From Rhodosorus marinus CCMP1338 (lineage: Eukaryota; Plantae; Rhodophyta), in NCBI GenBank assembly GCA_029953675.1, contig JAMWBK010000008.1:1674001-1738000 (forward strand): 64,000 nt of DNA, in the 5' to 3' direction. Shown here in pieces: positions 59,345 to 64,000 of the stretch. Every line of letters starts with the position of its first letter. Within the stretch, counting starts at the first letter, position 1. Made by a program: the position numbers and the translations under genes. The notes beneath the pieces were generated by a model. That model saw only the letters and a program-made list of their open reading frames with translations, was not told the origin of the DNA and ran no database searches.

Positions 59345-62300
59345 ATTGATCGATGACCCGTTAATTCAGAGCCTAACTACCCTAAGAAGCGAGAAACAAG
59401 ACGCTATTGACGCGCGTTCAAAGCAGCGTTGGAACGCCAGAGGGTCAAAGACAGCTCCGTGAGGAGGCTATCAAGACGACCTGGGTTGTTGCAAAGAGCG
59501 CACGAAGCCAACGACGACCTAAACTATCAACACGTGCTCGCTTTTCAGGGTAGTTTGGCTCTGAACAAACGGATGGATCAACAAACCCAAGGCACTCGAT
59601 GATGAGTGGAACAAACCGGTATTGATCAGATTCGGAGATCCGTTTATTCATCATCATCAGTCTATTCAGAGCCTAACTACCCGGAGAAAGGAGAAACAAG
59701 ACGCTCACGATGCGCGTCCAACAATAAATTAGCGTTGGAACGCCAGAGGGTCAAGGACAGATCCGCGAGGAGACTGTCAAGGTCCACTTCGTCATGTAAC
59801 CTCCGGGTGGTGTACAGGTGCACTTTTGATCCGCTTATTCGGAGCCTAACTACCCTGAGAAGCAAGAAACAAGACGCTGATAAACCAGAAGAAGAAGATG
59901 ACGGCTTGGAACCGGCGGGTGGTATAAGTCGTTTGCGCTCAAGATGATGCTGAAACGGACGTTGTAGCCGTGCCTTCGAGGCCGCCTGATCAGTCTGTTA
60001 CCCGGTCGGGTCCGGCCCATTCGAGGACGGGTCTCGTACAAAAACCCCTGTCTTGGGACCTACATCGGAACTCGTACGCCACCCTTCTGAGTTCGCCTTC
60101 CTCTCCCGCCTTCGACCTTGGCACGGCTCCGTGGTTTTTAGGGTAGTCTGAGCTCCCACTTCTTTACTGTCATTCCTGCCTACCCGCGGTTTTTTGTGAC
60201 AGACTTCGAGCTCGTGCGAACTTGCGGTTGTACCCAGGGTCACAACCCCCATGGCCTGCGCACAGGGATTCGAGGTTCAAGGGGCCCGGACCGGACGCCA
60301 TACGCGGCTCAACCGCCTGCTTTTCCACTAGCCTCGTTCTCTATCGCTCGGTACGGACGAGAAGTGGAATATCAGGTCCCTCTGGCGGTGGCAACGAAAG
60401 CTGCTGACGAGAGTGACGCCCCAGCGGTACAGCGTGTGGCAGATCTCGATGTAAGCAGCATTTGAGCGCCACAAGGTCAAAGAAAGCTCCGTGAGCAGAC
60501 TATCTAGACGCCCTGGGTCGTTGCGAAAGAGACCTCGCAGCCAGCGAGAACCTACACTATGTATCAAGCCAAAGCATTCAATAATGAGGGGGACAAACCG
60601 GTATGTCACCGCCGAATCGCGAAAAGTAGGGTTTGACATCGCTGCGGCGTACTGCGATTCTTTCACATTCCGCATGGACTGAGCTGCAGCTCCTCGACGC
60701 GCAGCGGACGCAGGCAGGTACCTGGTCGCCTGAGGACAAGGGATGGAGAGGTCAATGTACTCACGGCGACGCACATTTAGGTCAGACACAACGAGATCCG
60801 CCACCCGCCGCCGCGTGCTATGATTCTTTCACATGCCGCATGGACGGAGCTGCAGCTCCTCGACGCCCAGCGGACGCAGGTAGGTGCCTGGTCCCCTGAG
60901 GACAAGGGATGTAGAGGTCAATGTACTCACGGCGACGCGCGTTTAGGTCATTGCTAGTCTCCTCACGGAGCTGTCCTTGACCTTATGGCGTTCCAACGCG
61001 GCTTTATTGTTCGACGCGCGTCATCAGCGTCTTGTTTCTCGCTTCTCAGCGTAGTTAGGCTCTGATAAACTGATGATAATGAGTTTTCTTTGACAAGGTG
61101 GCGCTCCAATTCTGCTTTGTTTGTGGACGCGCGTCATCAGCGTCTTGTCTCTCGCTTCTCAGGGTACTTAGCCTCTGAATAAACGGATCATCATCGTTAT
61201 AAGGCCTCAGCTCCCGCTTCTTCACGGTCATACTGCGTACCCGTGGTTGGCGCTTACCGATCTCGAACTACGTGTAAGCTTACGACTGCACCTGGGGTTG
61301 CCGCAACCTCCTTGTCCTGCTGAGCGGGATTCTCGATGTCCATTGTGCGGGGCGAATGTGCCTTGGGTGATAATGGTGCGCAGTGTTGGCGTCTTGTGCG
61401 GAGGTTCAAGGGGCCCGGACCAGACGCCATACACGGCTCAACCGCTTGTTTTCCCGCTACCTTCGTTCTCAACGTGCGCACGCGTTGATGTCCTGGGCGG
61501 AGGTTCAAGGGGCCCGGACCAGACGCCATACGCGGCTCAACCGCTTGCTTTTCCGCTACCTCATTCTCAATCGCTCGGTACCGACCGAGAAGTGGAGTAT
61601 CAGCTCTCTCTGGCGGTGGCTACGGAAATTGCTGACGAGGATCCGCCACCCCAGCGGTACAGGGGTGGCGGATCTCGTTGTGTCTGACCTAAATACGCGT
61701 CGCAGTGAGTACATCGACCTCTCAATCCCTTGTCCTCAGGCGACCAGGTACCTGCCTGCGTCCGCTGCGCGTCGAGGAACTGCAGCTCGGTCCATGCGGC
61801 ATGTGAAAGAATCGCAGTACGCCGCAGCGATGTCAAACCCTACTTTTCGCGATTCGGCGGTGACGTACCGGTTTGTCCCACTCATTATTGAATGCTTTGG
61901 CTTGACAGATAGTGTAGGTTCTCGTTGGCTGCGAGATATCTTTCGCAACGACCCAGGGCGTCTAGATAGCTGCTCACGGAGCTGTCTTTGACCCTGTGGC
62001 GCTGAAATGCTGCTTTGCTTTTAGACACGCGTCATCAGCGTCTTGTCTCTCGCTTCTCGGGGTAGTTAGCCTCAGAATAAACGTTAAGAAAAAATCGAGT
62101 CGGAGAGCCTGGAAGGGTTTTCTTCAACACATGTCATCAGAGTCTTGTCTCTCGCTTCTCAGGGTAGTTAGGCTCTGAATAAACGTGAAGGAGATCATTG
62201 TCTCTCGCTTCTCAGGGTAGTTAGGCTCTGAATAAACCAAAAGAAGATCATCATCGACCGGGAGGTGGAGTATGAGGTGCCCCTGCCGGTGGCAACGGCA

Positions 62301-63370
62301 AATACTGAAGTGGCTGATGCCCCGGTGGTGCAACGGGTGTCGGACCTACTGGTCACTGATCTGAGTCCTCGTCGGAGTGAGTACTTCGACCTTTCTATCC
62401 CTTGCCCTCACTCAGGCTGCCAGATCTGGTATACCTGCCAGCGTATGTCTGCTCGACGCCTAGGCGCTGCAGCTCGGTCAATGCGGCAACTCAAGGAATC
62501 CCAGTACGCTGCGGCTATGTTAGACTCTACGTTTCGCGATTCGGCATTGTCCTAGCGGTTTGTTCCACTCGTCACAGAGTACTTACGTTTAGTTGATAGT
62601 GTAGGTTCTCGTTGGCTTCGTGGCCTCTTTCGGACCAACCCAGGTCGTTTTGATAGCCTGCTCACGGCGCGTTATCAGCGTCTTCTCTCTCGCTTCTCAG
62701 GGTATAACTACCCTGAGAAGCGAGAGAGAAGACGCTGATAGGCTCTGAATAAACGGATCGAGATGTCCTTGACCTTGTGGCGCTACAACGCTGCTTTACT
62801 GTTGGACGCGCGTCAGCGGCGTCTTGTTTCTCGCTTGTCCGGGTAGTTTGGCTCTGAATAAACGGATCATCAAAGACCCCGAGGGGTCTCATGATCACCA
62901 TCATCCGTGGTCTCCCTGCTGGACACCGACCGGACACCGACCCGCATTTATTTGGATGAGTAACTCGTGGGTAGTAATGAAGGCTGGAGCGTCCCGAACC
63001 TAATCTTAGAAATGTATTGAACAAGTTTCGCAAAAACCAAAGGGTTTTAAGGCAGTGATGCTTCTCGCTCGCTTCGTCGTTTTTTTCCTCGAGCCCCGGG
63101 CCGCCTTGACAGCCTCCTCACGGAGCTATAACTAGGCTTGTGCGAAGTGGGTTGGGTTTTTCGCAGTTTTCCGACCCAGAAGTGGTTAAACCCGCGAAAA
63201 CAGGGGGATTGAGGGGGATATACAGCCAAAAACCCGACCCACTGTGCACAACCCTACTAAAACTGAGTCTCTAGCGTTCGAATGCTGACTTGTTGTTCGA
63301 CGCGCGTCATCATCATCAGCGTCTCCCCTTTCCGCTCCTCATGGTAGATAGTCTCTGAATAAATTGTTGT
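59345..63370. mobile_element. Dense nest of CRE-like family C fragments in both orientations
   Basis: LRVSLRLHLGL..CPLCG..RRHTRLNR..VADLVVSDL..YIDL..KESQY..YRFVPLIIECFG. At least a dozen termini CTCGCTTCTCAGGGTAGTTAGGCTCTGAATAAAC(GGATC)(ATC)n. Confidence 0.85.
62673..62740. repeat. Perfect 32-bp inverted repeat with 4-nt loop in a family C tail
   Basis: TATCAGCGTCTTCTCTCTCGCTTCTCAGGGTA-TAAC-TACCCTGAGAAGCGAGAGAGAAGACGCTGATA. Confidence 0.95.
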
Positions 63371-63504
63371 TGTTGAACTAAGATATTGCGAGGTAGCTCT
63401 GTCTTGTACGACCTCTCTTTTCGCTTTTTACTAAAGGAGACCGGGCTTAGCTACCAACACTCGCGCATCAAGAATTTTTTTCGTCGCGCAAGCGACTTTT
63501 CCCC

Positions 63505-64000
63505 GGTTTGCACGCTTCCCTCCCTAGTTCTAAGTTCCTTTTCACGCCTTGCGTAGCTCTTCAGGCTATGCTAATAAAGCCCTACCTAGTTCCTAGTGCC
63601 TTTTAACGGTTTGCGTAGCGCTGTAGGCTATGCTAATTAAGCCAATAAAGCCCAGTACCACCGCCGCTCGCCTCCGCGGCATGGGAGGCCATCTTTCACA
63701 TTTGTGGTTAACGGCCCTGCCGTCATCACTGGGTCACCGTCTGGATGCCTTCCAGTTTCGCTCTGCCGCACGGATTTACCTGGGTTTGCCACAAGCTCCG
63801 TGGCATTTCTAATCGGCCGTCTTTCTGTTAGGGATGTGAGAGTTGGATCGATGCTTGTAGTTACCATTTCTTAGGTTCATGCGGACTGTTGAGAGGTCTT
63901 CGTACGAGGCGTCACACTCGCTTCAAGTACATTCTCAGCGAATGTCTGACTCGGGTAGGGCATACGGTTGAGGTGGAATCGGAACTACCCAGATCGGTCT
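63505..64000 (+). mobile_element. CRE-like family B: two tails followed by a longer copy running off the window
   Basis: RLRGMGGHLSHLWLTALP..FRSAARIYLGL matches 27150-27914. Confidence 0.8.

Noticed and set aside
62033-62245. CRISPR-like repeat-spacer appearance
   Set aside because: The repeats are CRE 3' termini with an AATAAA motif, spacer lengths are irregular, the context is eukaryotic and no cas genes are present.

Overview
Eukaryotic nuclear DNA: short GT-AG introns, with no operons, rRNA, tRNA or CRISPR seen. The gene content (vWA adhesin, Hog/Hint protein) resembles red algae, but this is inference only. Nine apparently intact genes and one pseudogene are present, and all encode secretory-pathway proteins: a 4x-vWA adhesin with Ser/Thr-Pro linkers plus an inverted deleted copy of it; two paralogous 4-exon GT25 glycosyltransferases; a spliced trypsin-mucin-Hint fusion; two paralogous double beta-helix proteins; an RTX-repeat protein; a small Cys-rich secreted protein; and a membrane-anchored alpha/beta hydrolase. 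One uncharacterised ~160-aa 12-Cys domain recurs four times across three of these genes. The genes sit in dense transposon debris: at least three families of CRE-like (RLE) non-LTR retrotransposon fragments, a non-autonomous hAT family, two deleted chromodomain Ty3/Gypsy elements, and Copia- and Harbinger-like relics. Both Gypsy elements, plus a 30-bp mini-LTR, occupy the same homologous position in different hAT copies. Several TE-derived segments form long fold-back inverted repeats. Repeat boundaries were placed by eye and are approximate.
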